Position numbers and translations under genes: made by a program
The notes under the pieces: generated by a model
Told to the model about the DNA's origin: nothing
Databases searched by the model: none
What the model saw: only the letters and a program-made list of their open reading frames with translations
Assembly: GCA_963709405.1 (NCBI GenBank)
Contig: CAVPXM010000055.1
Location: 64,001 to 128,000, forward strand
Length of the DNA stretch: 64,000 nucleotides
Direction of reading: 5' to 3'
From: an uncultured Nitrososphaerales archaeon
GTDB taxonomy: Archaea > Thermoproteota > Nitrososphaeria > Nitrososphaerales > Nitrososphaeraceae
Part shown: one piece after another, positions 63,104 through 64,000 of the stretch
How the letters are laid out: each line of letters begins with the position of its first letter
How positions within the stretch are numbered: position 1 is the stretch's first letter

Positions 63104-64000
63104 CTAATATGCCCTTGCGAAAAGTACGATAGTGCTTGGCTTTTGTCTACAAAAAATACATTCAATATCATCTTTAACTGGGCTGTCGTCTGAGGGTATG
63201 ATCCTTATGTCGGCGCCAGTTTGTTCCTTTATTTGTGTCTCACACACATCTTCGCCGCACCAGCCGGCAGCAATGAATCCGCCCTTCCCTGAAAGTATTG
63301 CTTTAAAAGATTCGAAATCGGAAGCTGAAGTGGTATTACTTGAAAGAAACCCTTTTGCTCGTACGTATAGGTCATTTTGAATCTGGCTTAGTATCTCTTT
63401 TATTTCAGTTACCAATTCGGCGCGGGCTATGTTTATCTTTTTTCCAGTATCCCGTCTAGCAATTTCTAGGGTTCTATTCTCTATGTCTTTCGGCCCGATA
63501 TTTATCCTGAGGGGGACACCCCGTATTTCCCAGTCATTGAACTTCCATCCAGCTGTGTATCCATCTCTCTCGTCAATATTAGCTCGAACATTTGCTTGTA
63601 CCAGCTCTTGCAGAAGCTGGTTTGTATGCCCCTTTACAAGGCCTGCATCTGCTTTCTTATAGATCGGGATAATAATTACCTGTATTGGTGCTATTCGTGG
63701 AGGAATGATTAGTCCCCTGTTATCTCCATGAACCATTGCTAACGCTCCTATCAGACGCCACGAAGTACCCCATGAGGTCTGCCATGCGTAGTGTTCTAGG
63801 TTGTCCTTACCCAGGTACTTTATTTCGAAAGGTTTCGAGAAATTTTGCCCAAGATGGTGGGACGTAGCCATCTGTAAAGCTCTTCCATCCCCCATTAAAC
63901 TTTCCAGTGAGGCCGTTGATACCGCTCCAACAAACTTTTCTTGACTGCTCTTGAGGCCTTGCCTGACAGGTATAGCCAAGTATTCCTCCATCAGTTTCTT
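63104..64000 (-). CDS. proS: prolyl-tRNA synthetase (5' end outside window)
   Basis: EKFVGA, ATSHHLGQNFS, QTSWG, GVPLR, FARAY C-terminus. Confidence 0.96.
   Translation of the reverse strand, partial: KKLMEEYLAIPVRQGLKSSQEKFVGAVSTASLESLMGDGRALQMATSHHLGQNFSKPFEIKYLGKDNLEHYAWQTSWGTSWRLIGALAMVHGDNRGLIIPPRIAPIQVIIIPIYKKADAGLVKGHTNQLLQELVQANVRANIDERDGYTAGWKFNDWEIRGVPLRINIGPKDIENRTLEIARRDTGKKINIARAELVTEIKEILSQIQNDLYVRAKGFLSSNTTSASDFESFKAILSGKGGFIAAGWCGEDVCETQIKEQTGADIRIIPSDDSPVKDDIECIFCRQKPSTIVLFARAY

Noticed and set aside
634-63662. numerous short antisense or nested ORFs in the track
   Set aside because: They are shadows of well-supported genes on the opposite strand or in another frame

Overview
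Chromosomal segment of an ammonia-oxidising archaeon (Nitrososphaerota, probably Nitrososphaeraceae). The call rests on gene content: an archaeal r-protein operon L3 to L6 with Rpp29, proteasome alpha, thaumarchaeosortase, PINA ATPase, ThiD-ThiN and intron-containing tRNAs. Most of the window is housekeeping: biotin (bioFB-resolvase-bioAD), purine (purCSQLFEK, purN-folD, purD), pyrD, thrC, menA and proS. It has four tRNAs: Asn with a 27/28 intron, Thr, Lys with a 37/38 intron and Asp with a 15/16 intron. The first ~5.5 kb is accessory, with an HTH/coiled-coil gene beside an exact 11-bp-phased GACG array and IS481 and IS6 remnants. The most unusual locus is downstream of tRNA-Lys (59983-60610): an apparently non-coding, hairpin-rich ~520-nt region followed by an orphan CRISPR-like repeat-spacer-degenerate-repeat unit, with no cas gene in the window. 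Ten single-base frameshifts, including in rpl4, probably reflect sequencing errors rather than true pseudogenes. All assignments were made by eye; no database searches were run.
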